A stretch of DNA of 64,000 bases from Nitrososphaerota archaeon (lineage in GTDB: Archaea; Thermoproteota; Nitrososphaeria_A; Caldarchaeales; Caldarchaeaceae), in contig JBEPYN010000002.1 in the NCBI GenBank assembly GCA_041641305.1, positions 608,001 to 672,000 on the forward strand, in the 5' to 3' direction. A model generated the notes under the pieces. The model ran no database searches, was not told the DNA's origin, and saw only the letters and a list, made by a program, of their open reading frames with translations. A program made the translations under genes and the position numbers. The first letter of the stretch is position 1. The number at the start of each line of letters is the position of its first letter. Shown piece after piece: positions 46,771-54,960 of this stretch.

Positions 46771-46830
46771 GATGTGCCAAACCAGAGTGACGGTATAAAA
46801 CATTAAACGTGGTGCTGGAAAGGTTTCGCC

Positions 46831-47238
46831 GTGGACGAGGTCGAGAGGTTCATCGAGGCTTATGCCCGTGCGGAGAAGGAGCCGAGCGACGACAACCTGC
46901 TCAACCTACTGCATGCTCTCATGCCCTTTTCACCTGCGGGGATAGAGTGGGGCCTCGAGATAGCTTCGCTCGCGGGCGTCACCTACATGCTCGAGGACGG
47001 CAGAGCCATAGCTGTGAAGATTTCACGCGACGAATTCGGCCCCTTCATGCAGACATCGGTTGCACAGATCTCGCTCAACACAATCCCGGCCGCGGCCCTC
47101 AAAAACATCAAAGACGTAAAAGCATTCGTCAACAGGGTTGCGGAGCATCTCGGGGAATGGGCCAGACGCATGCCAGACACAAATCCCGTGAAGAAACGTG
47201 TCGAAGCTTTGTTGGAGAGGATGAGACAGCTTGATTGA
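46831..47238 (+). CDS. Hypothetical protein
   Basis: 135-aa ORF, first of three overlapping co-oriented ORFs. Confidence 0.65.
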   Translation: MDEVERFIEAYARAEKEPSDDNLLNLLHALMPFSPAGIEWGLEIASLAGVTYMLEDGRAIAVKISRDEFGPFMQTSVAQISLNTIPAAALKNIKDVKAFVNRVAEHLGEWARRMPDTNPVKKRVEALLERMRQLD

Positions 47239-47500
47239 GAAAATTGTTGTGGAAACTGTTGAGGGAGACAGGCTTTTCAAACTTGTCCGTGGACAGGTCT
47301 ATGTCCGTGGTGTGGCGGCGCGGTTTGAGGGGGTGGTTTACCAAAGTGTCGGGGGCCCGAACGTCAGAGCCGTAATAGATTCTGGAGACGCTGAGAAACT
47401 GCGTCAACACGGGATCGGGGCTGAGGATGTTGAGAAGATTGAGCTGATGCTTCAGGAGAAAATCTTGAACGGTGAGGTGGAGATTGGAGAAACAGGCTGA
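47231..47500 (+). CDS. Hypothetical protein
   Basis: 89-aa acidic ORF overlapping both neighbours. Confidence 0.6.
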   Translation: MIEKIVVETVEGDRLFKLVRGQVYVRGVAARFEGVVYQSVGGPNVRAVIDSGDAEKLRQHGIGAEDVEKIELMLQEKILNGEVEIGETG

Positions 47501-47903
47501 GGAAGTTTACCGCGTCGTGGTTGAGGCTATCGAGGCCGGGATAAGAGGCGACGAGGAAGCCTTCAACAGTCTTCACAGCCATGGCTACACAAGGTACAGC
47601 GACCTCCCACCCTATAGGCTACAGAGCAGAGAGGAGGCCCTCAAGCTCAAACTTAGCCTCCTAACCCAGCTCATCGACTTCGAATACAGCCTGGAAAATT
47701 TTCAGACATTTTATCACGGGGATGTTGCTGTTGCCTGTTTTCTGATGCGTTACAGGGGCATGGCTGTTAATGATTATGCTTTTGAGGGCAGGATGGTCGA
47801 GGGGTTGGCGAGATGCACGGTTGTATTGGAGAGAAGCGGCAGCGGCTGGCGTATACTGCATGAGCATCTTTCACGGGTGCCTGAAGGGTTTTCAGCGGAT
47901 TAG
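47472..47903 (+). CDS. NTF2/SnoaL-like (DUF4440-type) protein
   Basis: GDEEAFNSLH, GDVAV, RCTVVLERSGSGWRILHEHLS. Confidence 0.82.
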   Translation: MRWRLEKQAEEVYRVVVEAIEAGIRGDEEAFNSLHSHGYTRYSDLPPYRLQSREEALKLKLSLLTQLIDFEYSLENFQTFYHGDVAVACFLMRYRGMAVNDYAFEGRMVEGLARCTVVLERSGSGWRILHEHLSRVPEGFSAD

Positions 47904-48335
47904 GGAAACAACTTCAGGCGGGTTCTTCCCAATCTCTATGTATCCCTTCAAAATCCTGGCAAGCTCGTAGACGTGGCACCGCGTGGCAGGCGGCCCATCC
48001 AACCCATAGAAGACACCTTTTCCTTCGACATATGTAAGGTTCTCCTCACCTATTTCGCATCTGTGGACAAAGGTGTCGCCGTCCCTGAGCTGGAGAACCT
48101 CGAAGCAGGGCGGCTCACCATGTCTGCATACAAGTAGAACCCATTTCTTTCCATGGTTAAGGTCGGGGAGCATGCCCTCCGTCGAGCTCAGCACATCCGG
48201 GCCCCGAACACCGACACGCAGCACACCACATCTCCGGCAGCGCCAAGCATCAACAACCTTGAGAAGCTCGCTCCGATGATAAATGTTCAACGCACCATAG
48301 TAGAAATAATCATGAGATTCTGGGCAGCTACTCAT
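47892..48335 (-). CDS. Hypothetical Cys/His-rich protein
   Basis: C...H...CRRC plus further C/H residues suggest metal binding. Confidence 0.65.
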   Translation of the reverse strand: MSSCPESHDYFYYGALNIYHRSELLKVVDAWRCRRCGVLRVGVRGPDVLSSTEGMLPDLNHGKKWVLLVCRHGEPPCFEVLQLRDGDTFVHRCEIGEENLTYVEGKGVFYGLDGPPATRCHVYELARILKGYIEIGKNPPEVVSLIR

Positions 48336-48351
48336 CCATCATGCACCGTCT

Positions 48352-49011
48352 TCATGTCTCTTTAACGAGTATCACGGTCTCCCCGCCATACAATCGTTTG
48401 AACGCGTGTGCATCCTGCTCTGACCCGACTATCGCTCCATAATGCATGGGGATGACGACCTTGGCTTGCATGGATTTGGCGGCCTCAGCTGCCTCCGCAG
48501 CGGTCATGACATAGGTTCCGCTCACAGGTAAGAGGGCGACATCCACGCTGAGGCCCTTCATCTCGGGGATGAAGTCTGTGTCGCCCGCGTGGTAGATGGA
48601 GACTCCGCCGAGGGTGAGAACATAGCCCACGCCGCCATACTCTCTCGGGTGAAAAACTTTCCCCGGCTCGCGGAACTTGTTCACGTTGTAGGCGTGCACA
48701 GCCTTCACCTTCGCCTCTCCGACGGAAACCTCGTCACCTGGAGCCACATACTTAACCTCGGCAACACTCAGTTTGCCAATTTTGTTTTGACAGTTTTTCG
48801 CGGCGACAATCGTTGTTTTGCTCGAAACAATTTTCTTGAGGTCGTCGACGCTCAGGTGGTCGAAATGATCATGAGATATGAGGACAAGATCTCCGGCAGG
48901 TCCTCCCCTTATCTGATACGGGTCTATATACACCACAAAGTTTCCACGCGTAATCCTGAAACCGTCGTGTCCAAGCCAAGTAATCTCAACATCCCGAACA
49001 CGGTAACCCAT
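48352..49011 (-). CDS. MBL-fold metallo-hydrolase (UPF0173-like)
   Basis: WLGHDGF, IDPY, SHDHFDH, YHAGDT, IPMHYG. Confidence 0.92.
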   Translation of the reverse strand: MGYRVRDVEITWLGHDGFRITRGNFVVYIDPYQIRGGPAGDLVLISHDHFDHLSVDDLKKIVSSKTTIVAAKNCQNKIGKLSVAEVKYVAPGDEVSVGEAKVKAVHAYNVNKFREPGKVFHPREYGGVGYVLTLGGVSIYHAGDTDFIPEMKGLSVDVALLPVSGTYVMTAAEAAEAAKSMQAKVVIPMHYGAIVGSEQDAHAFKRLYGGETVILVKET

Positions 49012-49013
49012 GG

Positions 49014-49322
49014 CTACAGATTTTTCACCCGCGTCTTTATACTTTTTCCGCCGAAAAGGCCCTTGACCACCTTCACGCCAAGAGCCCGCAGCTCTTTCTT
49101 AAGCTCGTCACGGCCCATGAACAGGAGGTTGAACTCGCTAAACATGCGGGAGAACCTGACATCCGCATTCTCACCTGAAACAGAGACGGTGCAAACCTCC
49201 TTCAGCTCACAATAGCCGCTCCTACAACGCAGCCTAACCAATCCACCAAGTTCATCAGCCACCTTAAGGTCCTCCAACCCCTCAACAGCAGCTCCACAAA
49301 CACACCGCAGCAAATCCGACAA
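49014..49322 (-). CDS. Hypothetical protein with putative Zn-binding Cys
   Basis: CVCG...CRSGYC; co-oriented and 2 nt from the MBL gene start. Confidence 0.6.
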   Translation of the reverse strand: MSDLLRCVCGAAVEGLEDLKVADELGGLVRLRCRSGYCELKEVCTVSVSGENADVRFSRMFSEFNLLFMGRDELKKELRALGVKVVKGLFGGKSIKTRVKNL

Positions 49323-49355
49323 GATAAATAAGAGATAGCCAGTATTTTACGCAGC

Positions 49356-50090
49356 ATGATAGACGTCCACTGCCACCTCACCGAGGAACCCCTCCTATCA
49401 AACCTCGACAAGGTCATAGAAGAGGCGAGGCAATCGTCTGTGAAGGCGATAATCACCTCAGGTATAGGCCCCGCGGATTGTGAGAAAGTGTTGAGCATAG
49501 TTGACGGTGTCTATGTTTATGGCAGCCTCGGCATCGAGCCCTACTCCCTCGAGGGATATGAGCAGGTGATTGAACTGATCATGAGGAACAGGAAACGGGT
49601 TGTGGCCGTCGGCGAGGTTGGGTTGGACTACTACTGGGGCAAGAGGGAGACAAGGGAGATGCAGGCAAAAGTTTTCAGGGATTTCATCGAGCTTGCGAAG
49701 AGCCTCGACCTTCCGCTGGTAATTCACTCGAGAAGCGCGGGAAAATATGCTCTCGACATCCTCTTCGAAGCTGGTGCTGAGAGGGTTGTGATGCATGCTT
49801 TCGACGGCTCTGCAGGCGAGGCAGCCCGAGGCGCGGCGAAAGGCTACTTCTTCTCTGTTCCCCCATCTGTTGTAAGGTCTGAGCAGAAGCAGAAGATGGT
49901 TAAGCGACTGAGGCTGGAAAACCTTCTACTGGAGAGCGACGCCCCCGTCCTCGGCCCCGAGAGAGGCGTGGTAAACAAGCCCTCAAACATCGTAATCTCC
50001 GCCAAAGCCATCGCATCGCTCAAAAACATACCACTCGTGGAAGTCGTTGAGGAGACAACAGAAAACGCTAAAAACATATTCAGGATATAG
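49356..50090 (+). CDS. tatD: TatD family DNase
   Basis: IDVHCH, AVGEVGLDYY, IHSR, MHAF, LLESDAP. Confidence 0.95.
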   Translation: MIDVHCHLTEEPLLSNLDKVIEEARQSSVKAIITSGIGPADCEKVLSIVDGVYVYGSLGIEPYSLEGYEQVIELIMRNRKRVVAVGEVGLDYYWGKRETREMQAKVFRDFIELAKSLDLPLVIHSRSAGKYALDILFEAGAERVVMHAFDGSAGEAARGAAKGYFFSVPPSVVRSEQKQKMVKRLRLENLLLESDAPVLGPERGVVNKPSNIVISAKAIASLKNIPLVEVVEETTENAKNIFRI

Positions 50091-50111
50091 AGGCCGAATG
50101 ACGGTGAAGAT

Positions 50112-51098
50112 GTGTTGTCAGCGGCAGATGCGAAAAACCTGCCATGGGTAGAAAAATATAGGCCGAGAAGGCTCGATGACGTGGTTAATCAGGAGCAGGT
50201 TGTCGAAGCTCTGAAAAACATAGTCGCTACAAAGAATGTGCCTCACATGCTTTTCGCGGGGCCGCCGGGAACTGGTAAAACGGCGACGGCTCACGCGTTT
50301 GCACAGGACCTTTTCGGCCCACGCTACATAGAGGATGGCCACTTCATCGAGATAAACGCCTCCGATGAGAGAGGCATCGAAACCATCCGGGAAAGGGTCA
50401 AGACGTATGCGCGCTCAGTCCCCTTCGGAGGCATCGGGTTCAGGCTACTCCTCCTCGACGAGAGCGACCAGCTCACCGACGCGGCCCAACATGCTTTCCG
50501 CCGTACCATGGAACAGTTCTCGACAACATGCAGATTCATACTCGCAGCCAACTACAGCAACAGAATCATAGAGCCGATACAGTCAAGATGCGCTGTCCTC
50601 AGGTTCAAGCCTCTCAGCAAAGACATGGTGGCCACGATGCTCAAAAAAATAGCCGCGGCCGAAAACCTCCAGCTCGACGACGCGGCCGTCGACGCGATCT
50701 ACGAGTTCTCCATGGGCGATATGAGGAAAGCCATAAACATTCTCCAGTCATCAGCATCAATATCAAAAACAGTTGACTCTAAGACTGTGTACAACGTCAT
50801 GGGTGTGGTGAGCAGAGGCGAGGTGATGAGAATGCTTCAGCTTGCACTCGATGGAAAGTTTTCCGAGGCCCGTGGACTACTCCGTGAACTGATGTATGTT
50901 CAGGGATACCAGGCGACCGACATCGTCTCATCTATAGCCCGTGAGATACCTTCTCTCCCAGTCTCCGAGCAGGATAAGCTGCGTCTGATGGATCTGATAG
51001 GCGAGACCGACTACCGCATATCCGAGGGCGGAACACCGGAGGTTCAGCTACAAGCCTTTCTCGCCAAGCTTGCGTCGATCAAAAGGTCTGGGGCTTGA
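50112..51098 (+). CDS. rfcS: Replication factor C small subunit
   Basis: PWVEKYRP, GPPGTGKT, NASDERGI, LDESD, IQSRC, GDMRKAIN; no intein. Confidence 0.97.
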   Translation: MLSAADAKNLPWVEKYRPRRLDDVVNQEQVVEALKNIVATKNVPHMLFAGPPGTGKTATAHAFAQDLFGPRYIEDGHFIEINASDERGIETIRERVKTYARSVPFGGIGFRLLLLDESDQLTDAAQHAFRRTMEQFSTTCRFILAANYSNRIIEPIQSRCAVLRFKPLSKDMVATMLKKIAAAENLQLDDAAVDAIYEFSMGDMRKAINILQSSASISKTVDSKTVYNVMGVVSRGEVMRMLQLALDGKFSEARGLLRELMYVQGYQATDIVSSIAREIPSLPVSEQDKLRLMDLIGETDYRISEGGTPEVQLQAFLAKLASIKRSGA

Positions 51099-52324
51099 CG
51101 CAGCTCTGGACAGAAAAATACAGACCAAAGAAAGTCTCTGAAATAGTTGGTAACAAGGAGGCTGTCCAAGCTTTCCTCGACTGGATGGCGGGATGGGAGA
51201 AGGGTAAACCATCCAAGAAAGCTGTTCTCCTCCACGGGCCGGCCGGCGTGGGGAAAACCTCCCTTGTGCACGCCTACGCATCTGAGAAAGGATACGAGGT
51301 GATAGAGACCAACGCAAGCGATTTCCGGACACGTGAAAACATCGAGAAAATCGTTGGAGCAGCGTCGGGGATGGCTTCGCTAACCTCGGGCCAGAGAAAA
51401 ATCATTCTCGTCGACGAGGTCGACGGCATAGACGCGAGAGCGGACGCGGGAGCTGTCACAAGCCTCGTAGAAATCATATCCAAAACACATGTCCCCGTAG
51501 TTCTCGTCGCAAACGATCCATGGGACCCGAGGCTGGCCCCACTAAGAGAAGCCTGCCTGATGATACAGTTCAGGAGAATACCCAAGCCATCAGTTGCGGC
51601 ACATCTCAAGAAAATAGTCGCGGCTGAGAATGTTAAGGTGCCGGAGGATATTCTCCGCAGGATTGTGGAGAACTCTGAGGGAGACCTACGGTCAGCTATA
51701 AACGATTTGCAGATGGCTTCGGCGGCTCTCGAGATGGGTCTGGTGACGGCTCCACGGGATAGAAAAGACGAGATTTTCACGGCCTTGGCAACGATCTTCA
51801 ACGCGAAATCCTTCAACACGGCGCAGGAGGCCGCGCGCAACATCGACATCGACCACTCGGAGCTGATGCAGTGGATACTCGAGAACGCGCCGCAGCAGCT
51901 CTCGCCAACAGACTTGGCCGAGGCCCTTGAAAACCTCGCCAAAGCAGACCTCTACCTCCAAAGGATAAACACTAGACAGAACTGGCAGTTCCTCCGCTAC
52001 GCAGTCCCTATCATGACAGCGGGTGTAGCACTTTCCCGAAAAACATCACCATCCAAATTTGTCAAGTTCACTTACCCCGAGGCAATCAAGTTTCTCGGCC
52101 GCACAAAGTCCATGCGTGAATCACTTGCCAGCATAGCGGAAAAAGTTGGGAAGAAGCTTCACATGTCGGCGCGGAAAGCCAGAACCGAGATGATACCCTA
52201 CCTCAAGATAATCATGTCAGGCGACGGTGAAGAATTGGCCGAGTATTTTGAGTTGTCCCCTGCTGAGGTTCAGTTTCTACGCGGCGGCGAGGTGAAGAAG
52301 AAGGGTGCTAGGCGCCGTGGCTGA
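51095..52324 (+). CDS. rfcL: Replication factor C large subunit
   Basis: WTEKYRP, GPAGVGKT, NASDFR, DEVDG, GDLRSAINDLQ. Confidence 0.95.
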   Translation: MTQLWTEKYRPKKVSEIVGNKEAVQAFLDWMAGWEKGKPSKKAVLLHGPAGVGKTSLVHAYASEKGYEVIETNASDFRTRENIEKIVGAASGMASLTSGQRKIILVDEVDGIDARADAGAVTSLVEIISKTHVPVVLVANDPWDPRLAPLREACLMIQFRRIPKPSVAAHLKKIVAAENVKVPEDILRRIVENSEGDLRSAINDLQMASAALEMGLVTAPRDRKDEIFTALATIFNAKSFNTAQEAARNIDIDHSELMQWILENAPQQLSPTDLAEALENLAKADLYLQRINTRQNWQFLRYAVPIMTAGVALSRKTSPSKFVKFTYPEAIKFLGRTKSMRESLASIAEKVGKKLHMSARKARTEMIPYLKIIMSGDGEELAEYFELSPAEVQFLRGGEVKKKGARRRG

Positions 52325-53465
52325 GGCCTTTGACGAGCTCCTGCTCTAATAGCTGCGCCGGTATGCCGGGGAGATAGACATAGGTTTTCCTGCCTCTCGC
52401 GCCCTCGCTCTTGACCGAGAGCCGTAGAAACCCGAGGTCCTGCAGCTGCTGAAGAATCTCCCAGAAACTTGTGTAGCCTTTCGCCTCCTGCCGCAGCTCT
52501 TCACAAACCAGCTTATAGATCTCGTAAACATCCTGCGAAGTTACGCTGGCCTTGTTTCCCAGCATGCTTCGAGCCGTCGAAAGCAGCACAAGCCGTTCAT
52601 CGGGCCTGAGGTATGCCAGGTTTTCGCGGCGAATGGTTGGATAAACGCTTGCGAGAGCCTTTCTCACATGCTCAGCCGTCACCACCGAGCTGCCCTCAGC
52701 CTCAGCATATTTTCCCGACCTCCAGAGAAGGTCGATAGCGTATCTCGCATCCTTTCTCTCAGAAGCAACCTCCGCCAAAAAATCAAGCACCTCATCGCTG
52801 ATGGCGTTTTTCATAAACGCCTCAGAGGCCCTGTAGCGGAGAATCTCGAAGAGCTGGTCACGGGTGTATTCTTCGAGGTGGATGCTGTTACCTCCCATGC
52901 CGCTCAGCGTCTGCCCATCAAGCCTCTCAAGAAAATCTGCTCCACGGAAGATTAAAATGAGTGAGACAAGAGCCCCTGCCTCTATGTCCTCGCTGCTCCT
53001 TGTGAGTAGGTAGATTGCACCCGCCCCCTCTTCTGCGATAAGGGCCTCCACCTCATCGAGGCAGAGGATAAGCCGCGTCTTGTTGAAGCGGAGAAAGTTG
53101 ACGATGATCTCGAGTATCTCCTCGTCTGAGTAGCCTCTTCTCGGAATCTCTACTCCCAAGACGTCGGCTGTTTTGCGGAGAGCTGTGTAAAGAGACTTGT
53201 GTATGCGGCAGTTTACGTGGACAAACCTGATTTTTCTACCCACGCCGACGGCTCGTCGCTCAATCTCTTGGCCGAAAAGTTTGGCCAAGCTCGTCTTTCC
53301 CGTACCCACCGCACCCCATAAAAACACGCGCACATGAAAAGGCTGCTCATCCCTCAACAGCGATGAGAAAAAGGAGAAGAGAAGCTCCAGCTCCCTCTCG
53401 CGGAAAAGAAGCCTATCAGGCACATACTCGGGAGAAAGCTTCTCCTCATGGCTAAAAACAGACAT
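52308..53465 (-). CDS. cdc6: ORC1/Cdc6 replication initiator
   Basis: LSPEYVPDRLLFRE, GAVGTGKT, VNC, LDEVE, DARYAIDLL, C-terminal winged helix GARGRKT. Start trimmed to ATG 53465. Confidence 0.94.
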   Translation of the reverse strand: MSVFSHEEKLSPEYVPDRLLFRERELELLFSFFSSLLRDEQPFHVRVFLWGAVGTGKTSLAKLFGQEIERRAVGVGRKIRFVHVNCRIHKSLYTALRKTADVLGVEIPRRGYSDEEILEIIVNFLRFNKTRLILCLDEVEALIAEEGAGAIYLLTRSSEDIEAGALVSLILIFRGADFLERLDGQTLSGMGGNSIHLEEYTRDQLFEILRYRASEAFMKNAISDEVLDFLAEVASERKDARYAIDLLWRSGKYAEAEGSSVVTAEHVRKALASVYPTIRRENLAYLRPDERLVLLSTARSMLGNKASVTSQDVYEIYKLVCEELRQEAKGYTSFWEILQQLQDLGFLRLSVKSEGARGRKTYVYLPGIPAQLLEQELVKGLSHGA

Positions 53466-53500
53466 TCCCAAGAAACTCCTACGCAGCAGCTGACATAAAA

Positions 53501-53542
53501 GAGCACCTCTTACGTACAGCAGCTGTACGAAAAAGGTGTCTC
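53501..53542. repeat. Imperfect inverted repeat between tRNA-Val and cdc6
   Basis: GAGCACCT-CTTA-CGTACAGC-A-GCTGTACG-AAAA-AGGTG-T-CTC, with an 8-bp perfect core. Confidence 0.7.
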
Positions 53543-53553
53543 TGAGCATCTCA

Positions 53554-53627
53554 TGGGCCGGGGCGGACTTGAACCGCCGACCTCCGCCGTGTGAGGGCGG
53601 CGTCCTACCAGGCTAGACCACCGGCCC
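53554..53627 (-). tRNA. tRNA-Val(CAC)
   Basis: GGGCCGG/CCGGCCC acceptor, CCGCC-CTCACAC-GGCGG, GGTTCAAGTCC. Confidence 0.97.
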
Positions 53628-53680
53628 CCTGTTTCCCGCTATTGGTAAAGCTTTAAGTCTTACCTTGTGGAAGAAAATTC

Positions 53681-53914
53681 ATGGCAATTTCTTTGACGGA
53701 GATCGTCATAATCGCCGCGATTATCCTGATTGCCATCTATATTCTGCCGGGTAAGCTTCCGAAGCTTGCGAAGTCTTTGGGTGAGGCGAAGCGCGAGTTT
53801 GAGAAAACTGCTAAGAGGGAGGAGGTTTTGGAGAGAGCCCGTGAGCTGGGTATCGATGTGACGGGTAAAACGCTTGAGGAGATCGAGGAAGAGATACGTC
53901 GGCACGGTCACTAG
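53681..53914 (+). CDS. tatA: Twin-arginine translocase TatA/E subunit
   Basis: One TM helix followed by PGKLPKLAKSLGEAKREF amphipathic helix. Confidence 0.9.
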   Translation: MAISLTEIVIIAAIILIAIYILPGKLPKLAKSLGEAKREFEKTAKREEVLERARELGIDVTGKTLEEIEEEIRRHGH

Positions 53915-54204
53915 ATGGTTGGGCATTCGCATGGATTAGACCCGCATCTCGGACAGCCTTTTCCATACTTTTTCTGGAACGCGTTCTCGAGGTCTATGGA
54001 GGCGACGTTGCAGAAGCTTAGAAGCCATGCCAGGACGTCTGCAGCCTCTTCATCCAACTGTCCCCGTCCCCTGCCCTTGATGTAGGCGTCTGAAAGCTCC
54101 CCCATCTCCGAGACAAGCCAGAGAAAAGTCCGGTCGAGGCCGCGGGCCCTGTCACGTCTCCCATAAACCTGGTCAAGATGCTGCTGGGCCTCACCTATCT
54201 CCAT
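53911..54204 (-). CDS. MazG-like nucleotide pyrophosphohydrolase
   Basis: WLVSEMGEL, EEAADVLAWL, C-terminal CPRCG..PCEC. Confidence 0.9.
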   Translation of the reverse strand: MEIGEAQQHLDQVYGRRDRARGLDRTFLWLVSEMGELSDAYIKGRGRGQLDEEAADVLAWLLSFCNVASIDLENAFQKKYGKGCPRCGSNPCECPTI

Positions 54205-54257
54205 GAGGTGGATGTTTTACGGAAAAATTTATACATCCTCAGGGCATTTGTATTCAG

Positions 54258-54929
54258 ATGTTCACATTCCCCACAGTTGAGGAAATAGTCTTGACACTTG
54301 CGCTGTTTATCTGGATATTGTTTCTGACATCTTTTGTCACGCGTAAGATATACGGCTGGATGGTCGGGCGAGGAATGGCGCATAACGTCGCGGTTTACTA
54401 CAACCGTAAAATCATACACGTGTTGGCAGGAGGCTTAGCGGCCATAGCCGTGGCCCTTTTCATGAAGAGCTATTTGCCCGTGTTAGCGCTCGTCGCGGTG
54501 TTGGCGGTGGGTAATTATCTACCCCATAGAAGGGGGAGGCTGATGTATTGGTATCAGGTGGAGGACAACATGTATGAGGTTCATTTCGTCATCATGTGGG
54601 GCCTGATAATGGGGCTTGGATTCTATCTCGGCGATGTGAGGCTTGGTCTGCTGCCTATCCTGTTCATGAGTGTGGGCGATGGCGTCACGGGTTTTGTGCG
54701 GAACATGATTTACAGGAGGAGGACAAAGTCGTGGTGGGGAAATTTGGCTATGGCGCTTTTCTGCATACCCGCTGGATACATGTTGTACGGTTTTCTGGGC
54801 ATGGCTGCTGGAGCCGCTGCCTCGTTTGTCGAACGGTTTGAGTTCGGCAGAGTAGACGACAACATAACTGTCCCTCTTGTCTCGTTTGCTTTTCTCGTGG
54901 CTGCGCCTGTGTTGGGCGTGTCTATATAA
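54258..54929 (+). CDS. Dolichol/phytol kinase-like membrane protein (CTP-dependent)
   Basis: NRKIIH, GDGVTG, KSWWG, DDNITVP motifs. Confidence 0.85.
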   Translation: MFTFPTVEEIVLTLALFIWILFLTSFVTRKIYGWMVGRGMAHNVAVYYNRKIIHVLAGGLAAIAVALFMKSYLPVLALVAVLAVGNYLPHRRGRLMYWYQVEDNMYEVHFVIMWGLIMGLGFYLGDVRLGLLPILFMSVGDGVTGFVRNMIYRRRTKSWWGNLAMALFCIPAGYMLYGFLGMAAGAAASFVERFEFGRVDDNITVPLVSFAFLVAAPVLGVSI

Positions 54930-54960
54930 TGCTTATATTACATTATTTTCCTTGAAAATC

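Noticed and set aside
53466-53680. Replication origin next to cdc6
   Set aside because: Intergenic space is under 90 bp on each side of tRNA-Val; no clear ORB repeats (TCCAxxGGAAA plus G-string) or long AT-rich unwinding element.
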